A stretch of 64,000 nt of DNA, from the IMG/VR virus record IMGVR_UViG_3300045970_000591, positions 1 to 64,000 of that record, one strand, 5' to 3'. Both the position numbers and the translations under genes were made by a program. This document shows, in pieces, positions 34,983-46,045 of this stretch (its first letter is position 1; the number at the start of each line of letters is the position of its first letter). The notes below the pieces were generated by a model. That model did not search any database. It was not told where the DNA came from and worked only from the letters and a program-made list of their open reading frames with translations. This DNA comes from a virus.

Positions 34983-37601
34983 TTATCCTACCTTTGTCTT
35001 ATTTGTCGGATCTATATTATTTCCTATCATAGCACATATATTAGGACCTCGTTTTCCTACCTGTCTATACCACTTTGATGTTGATAATTCTATATCAGCC
35101 CTGGCAAAGTCTTTTGCTTTTATTGCAGCAAGAAACTTTACGAATTTAGATAACCCGCCCATACCGAGGTTATAAGCGAGATCGATTATACCTCGTTTTC
35201 TTATATCAGATAATTCATCCCATGTATCTCCTACCAACTTTTGTGCAATCTTTGTGGCAGAGCTTGAGTCGGCAGAATACCAGTTTTCTATCTGGTCAGT
35301 CTCGATGGGTGTCCCCACCGGATATAACGGTATTTCATTAACCCTCATTAAGTGGCCTATACCGCCTGTTATTAGTCCTACTGTATCAGTGTATGATTTA
35401 TCCTTAAGACCTTCGTGTATCACAAGTTGTTTCCTTAATGCAGATGTTAATATATTACTGGCTATGTTACTATCCGCTAATGAATCCCCTGTCACTGATT
35501 TGTTCGAGGAACCCGGATTTACAGCAGCAGGTGGCGGCGCGGGCGGGGAATATCCATACCCCGTCATACTCATTTGAGCGTGTGTGTTGCCGACACCTGC
35601 GGAGCCCATATATGTGGCATCGTCCGGTGTTATAACAGGTGCACCACCTGCCACATTGCCTTTGTTGAAGTTCTCATGCTCTGGACACGGTTCGTATGTA
35701 GGGAACCCCGAAACAATAGTCTGTATAGGAGCCGAGTTTCGTTTAAACTTAGATAGCGGCGTAGGCGTAACAGTTGTCCAGTTTGATGGATTAAATGCAC
35801 CCTTAGGTTGCGTTACTTTGCTCTTGTAAAATAACCCATCTGCTTCGTATTTCACTACATCGTCTACTTTATATGATACCGATGTAGAAAAGTATGTCCA
35901 GTTTGTGTCTGTAGGATCACTCCATGTTGCAAGAATGTTTAGTTTATTATTGAGGGGTTTAACTTCTGCAGGCCTTGCTGTACCAGCTGACATAGCACCT
36001 TCTGCGACAAGTGGAGTCTCTACCGCTGGTCCATCGGCGGACCCATCACTTGTTGCGCCGAGCCCGCCGGCAATATTTGCCCAGGTAGATTTCAGATTTG
36101 CAGTCTGTGACGACGAAATAATACCAGTGACCCCGAGGCTTCCGCCGATAAGAGTATTTGTGCCTATATTTAATGACGATGCATCTAACGACATAGATCC
36201 TGCAGCAGTTTCTATTATATTACTCATAGCATTTAAGCTCATATTTGAGTTAGTGCAAAATACAACATCACCCATACCCACCACAGATATCGTACCCTTT
36301 GATCCTACACGAATATTTCCTGTGGCTGATACATCTACTGCTGCATCTGTTGTTAGTTTTATACCCTTCTTAGAGTTGAAATCTTGGCCACCGTTTTGTG
36401 TAGTAACACTTAAAGAGTTACCTATTTTAACATTTATATCGTTTTCTACAGCAGTTAAGAATACACCTTTCTGCGATGTGCTCTGTAGGTTGTTGAGCGT
36501 CTGTAATACAATATTACCGCCGTCACCTTTACCTTCTCCAACATATCCCCACTCTGGTATATTTTTCGTGACTGGTGCATTATTAACATCGTATGTAAAT
36601 GTTGTTGTCTTTTCTTTTGTATCTTTAGCAGCCTTCATAAAGATATTCTGGCCTGCTTCTATATTGATATTCCTATCAGCACGGATATTGAAGTCTCTTT
36701 GGGCACGCATAGATATATTCTTTGCACCAAAAATATCTACATTTCCATCTTTATCCATTTGCACCCAGGATGTTCCGTCTCTGTTTATCATGTATATGAA
36801 TCCGTTAGATTCATTTATGTGTATCTGCGCACCGGATTTCGTGCTAAGTTGCACATACTCGCTGTTCTCTGCATCATCCATAACAAATGATGATCCACCT
36901 TTTCGTCTAATATCACTTTTATTCTTACTGCCTTTTATTACTGGCCCCGGAGTAGATATGCCGAATACCTCACTTGGAGATTCTCGGCGAGCGCTTGAGT
37001 TTGTTGATCCGCGAACAGGATCATTGATCAGTCCTTGATTTCCTACACCATTAAACTTTGTTGCATGGTATGGTTTTTTAACCGTATCTGCATCAGTGGT
37101 ATTACCTATTGATTTATTGTATTCTGCAACAGGTATATTCTTCCCCGGATATTGATAGTTATTTGCAGACGATGCTGTACCGGGTATGCTATTATTTACA
37201 AACTGGTTAAATAGGCTTCCTATCCACACCCCTTTACCCGGATTACCATTAATAAACATAACCAACACTATGTTGCCCAAATCGGGCGGCACCATCCACA
37301 TACCGTATGTTGTCTGTGTGCCTTCAAACTGTTGTGTGTTGTTTTTATCTATTGTAGCAACATTGGTTGATCCTGCAAAAGGAGAGCAATAGCTTACTGT
37401 TGTCCATCCTTTTTCGTTTTCGGGCGAAGAGGCAAACTCTGGAATCCATACCATCATTCTACCGTTCTTTTGCACATCTGCTGTATTCTTAACAATACCC
37501 ATATATAGGCCGAGGAGTAACGGAGATCTACCACCTGCCTGTAGGCTATCGTTTGTTGTTGCTGAAACTGTTCTATCGTTTGTATTTAAGTATGCTGTCA
37601 T
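34983..37601 (-). CDS. gp5: Baseplate hub/spike gp5-like protein with C-terminal phage lysozyme
   Basis: N-terminal OB-fold (GRMMVWIP, YGMWMVPPD.GN.VLV.F..G); C-terminal HEGLKDKSYTDTVG..TGGIGH T4-lysozyme-like motif. Confidence 0.85.
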   Translation of the reverse strand: MTAYLNTNDRTVSATTNDSLQAGGRSPLLLGLYMGIVKNTADVQKNGRMMVWIPEFASSPENEKGWTTVSYCSPFAGSTNVATIDKNNTQQFEGTQTTYGMWMVPPDLGNIVLVMFINGNPGKGVWIGSLFNQFVNNSIPGTASSANNYQYPGKNIPVAEYNKSIGNTTDADTVKKPYHATKFNGVGNQGLINDPVRGSTNSSARRESPSEVFGISTPGPVIKGSKNKSDIRRKGGSSFVMDDAENSEYVQLSTKSGAQIHINESNGFIYMINRDGTSWVQMDKDGNVDIFGAKNISMRAQRDFNIRADRNINIEAGQNIFMKAAKDTKEKTTTFTYDVNNAPVTKNIPEWGYVGEGKGDGGNIVLQTLNNLQSTSQKGVFLTAVENDINVKIGNSLSVTTQNGGQDFNSKKGIKLTTDAAVDVSATGNIRVGSKGTISVVGMGDVVFCTNSNMSLNAMSNIIETAAGSMSLDASSLNIGTNTLIGGSLGVTGIISSSQTANLKSTWANIAGGLGATSDGSADGPAVETPLVAEGAMSAGTARPAEVKPLNNKLNILATWSDPTDTNWTYFSTSVSYKVDDVVKYEADGLFYKSKVTQPKGAFNPSNWTTVTPTPLSKFKRNSAPIQTIVSGFPTYEPCPEHENFNKGNVAGGAPVITPDDATYMGSAGVGNTHAQMSMTGYGYSPPAPPPAAVNPGSSNKSVTGDSLADSNIASNILTSALRKQLVIHEGLKDKSYTDTVGLITGGIGHLMRVNEIPLYPVGTPIETDQIENWYSADSSSATKIAQKLVGDTWDELSDIRKRGIIDLAYNLGMGGLSKFVKFLAAIKAKDFARADIELSTSKWYRQVGKRGPNICAMIGNNIDPTNKTKVG

Positions 37602-37605
37602 AGTA

Positions 37606-40173
37606 TTATACGCCGCTTGCCCTTTCTGGACCTCTTGTTGAACTTCCTGAGCCAGGGCCCGGCGGTAATGCCCTGAGCGTGTCTAAAAAATCTACATATT
37701 TGAGTTTACCTGGCGCAGTTTTATCATACGGCACAAGACCCATTGATTCTCGTGTCGGATTTTTAACTGCGGCGGGCGGTATGGTTGTGTTAGATAGCTT
37801 CTCTGTTGCAATAGGTGTGTCTGCGGTATATGCAGCAGTCTTCATTTGTTTTAAGAAGCCTAATATATCTACCATAGGATCGATATTACAGGTAAGCTCT
37901 TGAGTAAACTTACCCATTTCAAACTTACTAAGTACGGAAATGACCTTATACACCCCACTAAAGGTTTCTATATTTTCAAATGAGTCAATCACACCTGTTT
38001 CGTCTATTGCCATTTGTGGTGTTCTAAACAATATGACAATAAAGTTATCTGTACCGTAAAAATTCACAGATGACGAATTTTTTCTATGACTGTTTTTGAT
38101 TTCGTCTATAGCAAGCGTTTTTGTATCCATCATAGACTTATATGGTAGTACAGTTATATTATGACCTACACTTCTCGGGAATAACCAAAATGGGTCACCT
38201 TTTATAAGCAACTTTACAATAGTAAGACTTGCATCTACTGTTGAGTATAATGCTGTTGAAAATATATTAGATACTCTGGCGCGACCACCCTCTGTAGTGG
38301 TGTCTATACCACCGGGCCCTACAGTGTTTTCTTGTGCTCCTTCTCTACGTGGGATAGGTCTTAGTTTGCTTCTTCTTGTGTCTATATTAGTTGATATTGC
38401 TGCCTTGGCGTCGGCTGATCCTGAATTTACGTCAGATATAAACTTATATCCATTCACAGGTTCTGCGAGAGATTTGGCTGTAATTTTTGTTTTCGTATCT
38501 GGCTCACCAGATCGTGTTGTTCCGCCTGCAGCTATTATGCTTGTTGTATGGTTGCGGCGGTCTGCTGGCCTAGCAGATTCCAACAGTTTATTATACCGCA
38601 GGGCCAACTCAGTATCTTTTAGTTTTGCATTATCTATTTCTGCTCGAGTTTCTGATATTTTCTTCAAGATATCTGTCTCACTCGTTGCATCATTTATGAA
38701 ATGTATTGCTTCTCTAAGTTTTTCCTTTAGCTTTTTTTCTGTTTCTCTGGCTTTATCTATATTAAGCCCAGTATCCGACGTCGACGAGTCCGAGTATACA
38801 CCGCCGAATCGGGCTAAGGTTGCGGCATACGCAAAATTCATAGTAAGATCGAACTGAAGTATCTGGTCATTCAGTCCGGTGAAAATATAACTATATTTTT
38901 TATTAAGTATTTTATTTTTTATATACTCATTTACTATTTTATTGGATAGTTTTGCTTCATCAGCAGATGTTGAAACTTCTTGAGTGTCATCTATAGCACC
39001 CATATCATATTGGACAATATAAATAGTGACTTCAACTGCATTATCCTGTCTCACAGGATCATACACAATGGGTCTAGTTTCAGTAACTATTCTCCATAAT
39101 TTTCTCATCGCCCACGGGATTTGATCTGCTTTTTTAACTTCGCCGTCCGGTGTATCTGTGCCTTGTAGTTGTGTCTGGTACTTTTCTGAGTTTGCCAATA
39201 AAGAATCTACTATCTTATCTATACTTGTACCGTCTTTATAGGTTGCGGATTTCTTCTTTAAATCAATAAAAGACCCGCCACGAGCAGTATTCTTAATCAT
39301 CGAGTCTGGTGCTAATACCAGTGGTGCTAGTTCATCATCAACTACTATGTTATACACATCGGGGATACTATAGTTATCGATTAGTTTTATATATTGATCA
39401 GCATTTATCTTGTCTGCCAACCTTTTCATAGAATCTTCAAATGTAGTTATGTTATCGAGTGTTATCGAATGCTGTATGCTAAAGTATGCATTGGCTTGTG
39501 CAAGCTCATTATAAACTATGCCGCTGAAATCGTATCGGGTACCTATATTAGCAACGTGCGCTTTTACATCAGTCACCTTAATGGGCCACACCCATAGTTG
39601 GTCTCCAAGGCCGCCCGGTGCAGATGATGGTATAGCGGTTGCTTCCTCTGGTGTTCTTCCTCTAAATTCTAACTGTAGAAAGCAAGGCATAACAAGCCAG
39701 TTACCTATACCTAGCGCACTTGCTTCTGCATACATTTTATCTAATAGACCAGCGCCGGATGGTTCAACAATTTCGAACTTAACAATAGTTTGGGTTCCTG
39801 TACCTGCTTCTACAGAAGGCACTGCGATACCGTTGAATTCTACCTTATCTATTGTTAAGTCAGTTACACCACTTTCTGCTATTATAGTTTGATTTTCAGG
39901 AGATAATACTGCACCGGAATTCGCATTAGCAGTGGATGTTATAAACAACTTCCAGTGATATGTATATGTGTCGTAGTTATCTAACATATTAGGTGAGAAA
40001 TCTAACTTATATACTTCTTTCTCTGTTGCGGGTAGGCTGTGCCTGTATGCGTTTATTTCTCCCGCGGTAGGACCACCGGCGCCGCCACGGCCGCTGCCGC
40101 CCTGAGTCTTTGGCTTCCATTTGCCACCGCTGCCCCAGTTTTTTGAACCACTTGATGAAGGTATACCTGCCAT
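37606..40173 (-). CDS. Baseplate hub / tail protein (855 aa)
   Basis: Between gp53-like and gp5; C-terminal IKGDPFWL...FSGVYKVISV...F..GKFTQ.L typical of hub proteins. Confidence 0.65.
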   Translation of the reverse strand: MAGIPSSSGSKNWGSGGKWKPKTQGGSGRGGAGGPTAGEINAYRHSLPATEKEVYKLDFSPNMLDNYDTYTYHWKLFITSTANANSGAVLSPENQTIIAESGVTDLTIDKVEFNGIAVPSVEAGTGTQTIVKFEIVEPSGAGLLDKMYAEASALGIGNWLVMPCFLQLEFRGRTPEEATAIPSSAPGGLGDQLWVWPIKVTDVKAHVANIGTRYDFSGIVYNELAQANAYFSIQHSITLDNITTFEDSMKRLADKINADQYIKLIDNYSIPDVYNIVVDDELAPLVLAPDSMIKNTARGGSFIDLKKKSATYKDGTSIDKIVDSLLANSEKYQTQLQGTDTPDGEVKKADQIPWAMRKLWRIVTETRPIVYDPVRQDNAVEVTIYIVQYDMGAIDDTQEVSTSADEAKLSNKIVNEYIKNKILNKKYSYIFTGLNDQILQFDLTMNFAYAATLARFGGVYSDSSTSDTGLNIDKARETEKKLKEKLREAIHFINDATSETDILKKISETRAEIDNAKLKDTELALRYNKLLESARPADRRNHTTSIIAAGGTTRSGEPDTKTKITAKSLAEPVNGYKFISDVNSGSADAKAAISTNIDTRRSKLRPIPRREGAQENTVGPGGIDTTTEGGRARVSNIFSTALYSTVDASLTIVKLLIKGDPFWLFPRSVGHNITVLPYKSMMDTKTLAIDEIKNSHRKNSSSVNFYGTDNFIVILFRTPQMAIDETGVIDSFENIETFSGVYKVISVLSKFEMGKFTQELTCNIDPMVDILGFLKQMKTAAYTADTPIATEKLSNTTIPPAAVKNPTRESMGLVPYDKTAPGKLKYVDFLDTLRALPPGPGSGSSTRGPERASGV

Positions 40174-40174
40174 A

Positions 40175-40456
40175 TTATTGTATCACACTGTCTGGCACAT
40201 AAATCTCTGTACCTGCTATAAAGTCGTTTATAGGGTCGATTAATGTGTCTGGATTTCTTACTGCAAACACCCACCACAATGATGGGGTACCATATTCGGC
40301 CTGACTTAGCAGATCGGGCCGCTGATCATACTCCGCAGGTATCTTAACAATCTTATCGTAGTCGCTTTTAGGCACCTTGAGTGTAGGCATTATATCTAAA
40401 TACCAATCATTAATAGGCGTGTTTACATAAGGACTCGATTTTTTAAACTGTGACAT
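40175..40456 (-). CDS. gp53: Baseplate wedge gp53-like / LysM protein
   Basis: YDQRPDLLS..EYGTPSLWWVFA.RN motif. Confidence 0.75.
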   Translation of the reverse strand: MSQFKKSSPYVNTPINDWYLDIMPTLKVPKSDYDKIVKIPAEYDQRPDLLSQAEYGTPSLWWVFAVRNPDTLIDPINDFIAGTEIYVPDSVIQ

Positions 40457-41136
40457 TAAATATATCCCCCGGTTATAAGATTGCCGCTACGGAATTTATC
40501 TAAGTTAAAGTTGTTTCTTGTTTTAATCGGTGTGTATTGTGTTTCTAGTTCTATTTCAACTTTTATGTGTGTAGGAACCCAAGAGTAGCCGTTGCTTTTT
40601 CCAGCCGGTAAAGATAGGCCGTCTCCGTTAGAGTTTAATCCTGCCGTATAAACAGGCACATAATCTACAGCAGCGTCTAAAGTATATCCGAAGGATTTCA
40701 CTACAACGGGAACATCATTAAACTGATGATCTCCTAAATAGTTAAATAATAACACAGGCGGAGGCGTGCCCGATGTTTTGTATGTTTGCACACCAAAATA
40801 AAGTTTAGTTGATGATTTAAAAAAGTGTATAACTGCTAACATATAGAATGCTTCAGCATCTGACTGTGCTGTAAACTCTGTAGATATGTTAATCGGCTTA
40901 GGATACGAACGAACATACGCATTATACCCGTAGTTAGAATGTATGAATGGACTTAAATCATACTCTGCTTGACTTCCTGCGGTAACAGACGGGGTATAAG
41001 GAAATAATATGCCATTAGTGGCATGGAGTGGCCAGAGTATATTTGATTGATCTGCAGGGCCTAATATGCCTGTTTCTGTTTTTGCCGCCGACACACTCTT
41101 CGGGCCTAATCTTGCTCTAAAATCTTGTCCTGCCAT
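40456..41136 (-). CDS. Tail tube initiator / baseplate-tube junction protein
   Basis: FPYTP...GTPPPVLLFNYLG..QF..VPVVV motif and position; family inferred. Confidence 0.6.
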   Translation of the reverse strand: MAGQDFRARLGPKSVSAAKTETGILGPADQSNILWPLHATNGILFPYTPSVTAGSQAEYDLSPFIHSNYGYNAYVRSYPKPINISTEFTAQSDAEAFYMLAVIHFFKSSTKLYFGVQTYKTSGTPPPVLLFNYLGDHQFNDVPVVVKSFGYTLDAAVDYVPVYTAGLNSNGDGLSLPAGKSNGYSWVPTHIKVEIELETQYTPIKTRNNFNLDKFRSGNLITGGYI

Positions 41137-41200
41137 AAATATATTCTCCTAACTTGCTTATTTACCAGAATAATAAACTACTGTTTTTATTAAGAAATCC

Positions 41201-41229
41201 TTGACCAAGCATGTTAGATATGTTATACT
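41201..41229 (+). promoter_or_regulatory. Sigma70-like promoter TTGACC-17-TATACT for gp55-gp47-gp46
   Basis: Consensus spacing upstream of GGAG-ATG 41256. Confidence 0.7.
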
Positions 41230-41255
41230 TATACGAAACCCACTTTGGAGAATCT

Positions 41256-42167
41256 ATGATAGAGTTTGATGACGACGAAGACAGTGAAGACATTATTCAG
41301 GAAGTTTCGGTATTTCCAGTTAAAAAGATTAACTATCTGAATAACAAGGATATGCTAAAAGAAATACACAAAAGTAAAAATTCATTTAGTGAGTATGTGG
41401 ATCCGAAGTACGAAGACTACGACGTTATAGTTGAAAAGGTAGAAGATATGTTGCTTGACGATACAATAACACGAGCAAAGGCTACTAGAGCATCAAGAAT
41501 AGCAGCAAGGAACTACGAAGCAGCGTTATTGGCAGCTGGTGTTGTTACTAAAGCTGATAAGCCAAAGTTAGCTGAATATAAAGTCAAGCCGGATACTATT
41601 TCAGTTGACGATCTTGTATTTCGTGTATTAGGGTTTGATCATATACCGATGGCACCAGGAAGAAAAAAATCTCCAAAATCTACTGCCGACGGTCATATGA
41701 AACTAAACTTCTTCCCATTTAAGCATTATATATTGGTAAATAGTATACCGGTAGAGGTTGGAAGATCACATTCCAAGAAAGGGGCATTTAGTTTAGATCA
41801 CGGGTCTATAACAAATAAACTTGCCAAAATGTTTATTCTTATGGTTAATAAGTATGGACAACGAGGTAACTGGCGCGGATATACCTATTTAGATGAAATG
41901 AAAGGGCAAGCATTGCTACAGCTATCTCATATGGGCTTACAGTTTGATGAATACAAATCTGACAACCCATTTTCGTATTATACTGCATCTGTAAGTAATA
42001 GCTTTACAAGAGTGTTTAACTTAGAAAAGAAAAGTCAAGATTTACGGGATGATTTACTAATAGATAGTGGTGCAAGTCCTAGCTTTACACGGCAACTTGA
42101 GTTAGAAACAGAAGTAAGACAACTAAGAGAGGATGCACAGGATGCTGCCAAACAAGGGATTATTTAA
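41256..42167 (+). CDS. gp55: Late transcription sigma factor, gp55-like
   Basis: NWRGYTYLDEM...FDEYKSDNPFSYYT...F.RV..LEKK motif; T4 synteny with gp47/gp46; start moved to ATG 41256 (GGAG SD). Confidence 0.8.
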   Translation: MIEFDDDEDSEDIIQEVSVFPVKKINYLNNKDMLKEIHKSKNSFSEYVDPKYEDYDVIVEKVEDMLLDDTITRAKATRASRIAARNYEAALLAAGVVTKADKPKLAEYKVKPDTISVDDLVFRVLGFDHIPMAPGRKKSPKSTADGHMKLNFFPFKHYILVNSIPVEVGRSHSKKGAFSLDHGSITNKLAKMFILMVNKYGQRGNWRGYTYLDEMKGQALLQLSHMGLQFDEYKSDNPFSYYTASVSNSFTRVFNLEKKSQDLRDDLLIDSGASPSFTRQLELETEVRQLREDAQDAAKQGII

Positions 42168-43161
42168 AAAGTGTGCTGTTTTTACAGATATACACCTCGG
42201 TCTAAAGCATAATTCTAAAGATCATAACGAAGATTGCATTGAGTTTTTAAAATGGTTTATCGCCCAAGCAAAAGCTAAGGGCGCCGAAACCTGTATATCA
42301 ATGGGTGATTTTCATCATCATAGAAACAGTGTAAATGCAGTTACACAAAACTACATGATAACTGCATTGCAAATGTTAAATGATAACTTTGAAAAGGTAT
42401 ATTTTCTCGTAGGTAATCATGATTTATATTTCAGGGAAAATAGATCAATAACAACATCAAGATTTGCTACATTATTTCCAAATGTCATAATGGTTGACCA
42501 GCCAATAATAATAGATGACACAGCACTTGTGCCATGGTTGGTAGAGGATGAGTGGAAAGACGTTGCCGAAATGAAAACAAAATATCTATTTGGCCACTTA
42601 GAATTGCCGGGCTTTAAAATGAATGCAATGATCGACATGCCGGATCACGGTATGTTAAATGCAACACACTTTGAATTTCAGGATTATGTGTTTTCAGGTC
42701 ATTTCCATTTACGCCAAACTAAGGGTAAAATAAACTACATAGGCAACCCGTTTGGACATAACTTTTCAGATGTGTGGGATTTCGATCGAGGTGCAATGTT
42801 TTTAGAGTGGAACGGAGAACCAGAGTATGTGAATTATGCAGACGGTCCGCGATTCATTAATATACCGTTATCATCGTTAATGGCCGATCCAGAAAAATAT
42901 CTATTACCAAAAACACACCTACAGGTTGTGTTAGATATAGATATTACATACGAAGAAGCAACATATTTACGAGAAACATTCATAGAGCAATATTCGATAC
43001 GAGAGTTTAAGCTAATACGAAGTAAAGAAGAAACTACCTCAACTGAAGGTAAAGATATCACTATGAAAACGGTAGATACTATTGTTATAGAGCAGTTACT
43101 AACTGTAGTAGATGGTACATGCACTGGCGCAAAGTTAATAGAAATATATAATAGGTTATAA
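42133..43161 (+). CDS. gp47: Recombination endonuclease subunit (Mre11/SbcD-like)
   Basis: TDIHLG, GDFHH, GNHD and SGHFH metallophosphoesterase motifs. Confidence 0.92.
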   Translation: MHRMLPNKGLFKKCAVFTDIHLGLKHNSKDHNEDCIEFLKWFIAQAKAKGAETCISMGDFHHHRNSVNAVTQNYMITALQMLNDNFEKVYFLVGNHDLYFRENRSITTSRFATLFPNVIMVDQPIIIDDTALVPWLVEDEWKDVAEMKTKYLFGHLELPGFKMNAMIDMPDHGMLNATHFEFQDYVFSGHFHLRQTKGKINYIGNPFGHNFSDVWDFDRGAMFLEWNGEPEYVNYADGPRFINIPLSSLMADPEKYLLPKTHLQVVLDIDITYEEATYLRETFIEQYSIREFKLIRSKEETTSTEGKDITMKTVDTIVIEQLLTVVDGTCTGAKLIEIYNRL

Positions 43162-43164
43162 TAA

Positions 43165-44964
43165 ATGCTCCAAATAAACAAACTAACAATACAAAACTTT
43201 CTATCTGTTGGAAATATAACCCAACAGGTGGAATTCAGCAGAAGTGAGCTTGTATTGGTATTAGGCGAGAATTTAGATTTAGGTGGAAATGACAATCGCA
43301 ACGGTGTCGGTAAGAGTGCCATTGTGAATGCATTATCTTATGCACTGTATGGCACAGCATTAACAAATATAAGAAAAGATAATCTTATAAATGTTTCTAA
43401 CTCAAAGAATATGTTGGTTACACTTACGTTCGATATTAATGGAAAAGCATACACTATTAAACGTGGTAGAAGACCTAATATATTTAAGTTTATAGAGGCA
43501 GGTAAAGAGACAGAGGAAGAAGATACATTAACCAAAGTAAAAGCTGCTGACATCGATGAATCGCAGGGCGAGGGTAGGAATACACAAGAAGAAATAGTAA
43601 GAACTATCGGCATAACGCACGACATGTTCAAGCACATCCTTGCGCTTAATACTTATATAGAACCGTTTCTTGCGTTACGCACAAATGATCAAAGGGTTCT
43701 GATAGAACAACTTTTAGGTATTACGAAGCTATCTGAAAAAGCTGAAAAGTTAAAGGAAGAGGCAAGGATTACAAAAGATGAAATTAAAGCGGAAGAATTT
43801 CGTATTGCGGCAGTTGCAGCGGCGAATAAAAGAATTGAAACTAATATTTCGGGATTGGAAACCAAATCGCTTACGTGGAACAGTGAAAAGACGAAAAAAA
43901 TAAATGAGTTACAAACTTCTATCTTAGAATTTATGGCAGTGGATATAGATAAAGAGATAGAGTTGCATAAATCTAAAAAAGAAGTAGAAGATCTTACTGC
44001 AGAATATAGGGCATTATCCCGTGAACTAACTGCGTTAGAAAAGGATGTGGTAGAATCTACCAAAGCAGTAGCGCGGCTTGATAAAATATTATCCACATCT
44101 GTAGAAAAAATATGTCCAACATGCTCTCAGGAAATGGACAAAGATACTCACGAACAAGTACACAACGAGTATGTAACCAGACAGAAAGACGAAAAAGACA
44201 AACTTGTTACAAAGAAACTCAAGAAAGAAGAAGTGTCAACACTTGCAACATCGGTTAAAGCAATCATCCCTATATTGCCTGACACATTTTACGACACAAT
44301 AGATGAGGCATATGAGCACAAAACAACACTTAGTAACCTCGGTAATAGCTTAGAGAGTGAATTAGCAACTGCTAATCCATATGTAGAGCAAATCGAATCC
44401 TTAAGAAAAGATGGTATTCAGGAGATTAAGTTCGATGTAATGAACGAGTTGGTTAAGCTAAAGGATCACCAGGATTTTCTTCTTAAACTATTAACTAATA
44501 AAGATAGTTTCATTCGTAAAAAGATTATCGACCAAAATCTAACATATTTAAATCATAGATTAGCACAGTATCTAATAGACATTGGGTTGCCCCACACAGT
44601 GAAGTTTAAGTCTGATCTTGAGGTAGAAATTACAATGTATGGAAAAGAGTTTGACTTTGATAATCTGAGTAGGGGAGAAAGAACGCGGCTTATATTATCA
44701 CTATCCTGGTCATTTAGGGATGTTTTCGAATCAATGAATGATAAGATAAATCTACTGTTTGTTGACGAGCTACTCGATAATGGGTTGGATACAAGTGGAG
44801 TGGAATCATCATTAGTTATATTGAAAAAGATGGCAAGGGATCATAAGAGGAATGTATTTTTGATTTCACACCGCGATGAATTAGTGGGTAGAATATCTAA
44901 TGTATTGAAAGTTGTCAAGGAAGGCGGGTTTACCAACATCGAAAGTGTCGAAAACGACGAATAA
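43165..44964 (+). CDS. gp46: Recombination ATPase subunit (Rad50/SbcC-like)
   Basis: Walker A NGVGKS, CPTC zinc hook, LSRGE signature, LFVDELLD. Confidence 0.92.
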   Translation: MLQINKLTIQNFLSVGNITQQVEFSRSELVLVLGENLDLGGNDNRNGVGKSAIVNALSYALYGTALTNIRKDNLINVSNSKNMLVTLTFDINGKAYTIKRGRRPNIFKFIEAGKETEEEDTLTKVKAADIDESQGEGRNTQEEIVRTIGITHDMFKHILALNTYIEPFLALRTNDQRVLIEQLLGITKLSEKAEKLKEEARITKDEIKAEEFRIAAVAAANKRIETNISGLETKSLTWNSEKTKKINELQTSILEFMAVDIDKEIELHKSKKEVEDLTAEYRALSRELTALEKDVVESTKAVARLDKILSTSVEKICPTCSQEMDKDTHEQVHNEYVTRQKDEKDKLVTKKLKKEEVSTLATSVKAIIPILPDTFYDTIDEAYEHKTTLSNLGNSLESELATANPYVEQIESLRKDGIQEIKFDVMNELVKLKDHQDFLLKLLTNKDSFIRKKIIDQNLTYLNHRLAQYLIDIGLPHTVKFKSDLEVEITMYGKEFDFDNLSRGERTRLILSLSWSFRDVFESMNDKINLLFVDELLDNGLDTSGVESSLVILKKMARDHKRNVFLISHRDELVGRISNVLKVVKEGGFTNIESVENDE

Positions 44965-44979
44965 GGAAGTATTAAATAA

Positions 44980-45948
44980 ATGAAACCATTATATATGTGG
45001 GCTGGTGGGAAAAACAAAATGATACAGAAATATCTGCTTGATCCGGGCATACCATACACGGGATATGACACCTATGTTGAACCATTTTTCGGCGGTGGCG
45101 CGATGATGATACATATTGCCGAAAATAATCCATCGGTTACTAAGTTTGTTCTTAATGACATAAATCCGGAAATAGTAGGGCTATATACCGCAATCAAACA
45201 TGATGTAAACAATTTTATTTTATACTGTGATCAGTTATGCAATCAGTATCTGCCATTAAGTAAAGAAGATCGTAAGGTATTTTTCTATAAGATAAGAAAA
45301 GAATACACAACAGATTATAAAAAATGGTCATCTGTTCAAGAATCAGCGACATTATATTTCTTAATGAAGACAGCATTCAATGGTATTTTTCAGAGTACCA
45401 TAGAAGCAAAAGGTAGATTTTGCACACCGTGTGGGTTGTTAAGTCATACAGATAAAGTATATGATAAAGACAATGTATTAGAGTGGAATATATTTTTACA
45501 AAAAGTAGACATCTATACAGGCAACTGGGAAGATTGTTGTGATAAGGTTGCAGGTAAGGCATTATATTTTCTCGACCCACCGTATCGTGGCAGTTTTACA
45601 CAATATGGGCAAGATTTTACAGATGCTAAACAACTAGAGGTTATTCATTTCTGTAAAAAAGCCACAGTAGACGGACATTTAGTAATGTTCTGTAATAGAG
45701 ATACAGGTGATTCTTTTTACACCGATAATAAAGGAAGCCTACTGATTAGTTATTACACTGTGACATACACTGCCGGGAGACGGGCAACTGACAAAGACGG
45801 AAATAGGTTAGCTAAGGCAGCGACGGAAATATTATTATATTCAGAAGATATTGTTAATATGAAATGTCAGCGAGTTATAGAAGCTAAGAAAGAAAAGAAA
45901 AAAGTAAAGAAAGAAAACGAATATAAGACACTTTTTCATGTTGTATAA
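44980..45948 (+). CDS. dam: DNA adenine methyltransferase (Dam/D12 class)
   Basis: WAGGK, YVEPFFGGGA, NDIN and DPPY motifs; target sequence not determinable. Confidence 0.85.
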   Translation: MKPLYMWAGGKNKMIQKYLLDPGIPYTGYDTYVEPFFGGGAMMIHIAENNPSVTKFVLNDINPEIVGLYTAIKHDVNNFILYCDQLCNQYLPLSKEDRKVFFYKIRKEYTTDYKKWSSVQESATLYFLMKTAFNGIFQSTIEAKGRFCTPCGLLSHTDKVYDKDNVLEWNIFLQKVDIYTGNWEDCCDKVAGKALYFLDPPYRGSFTQYGQDFTDAKQLEVIHFCKKATVDGHLVMFCNRDTGDSFYTDNKGSLLISYYTVTYTAGRRATDKDGNRLAKAATEILLYSEDIVNMKCQRVIEAKKEKKKVKKENEYKTLFHVV

Positions 45949-45969
45949 GATGATATGTATTTGATATTC

Positions 45970-45998
45970 TTGACTTTGTGATATGTTTACTACACAAT
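45970..45998 (+). promoter_or_regulatory. Possible promoter TTGACT-17-CACAAT
   Basis: Upstream of 46046, which has an AAGGAG SD. Confidence 0.5.
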
Positions 45999-46045
45999 AA
46001 CTACTGTCGTGCAGACACTATATTATTTAAACAAGGAGTTATATT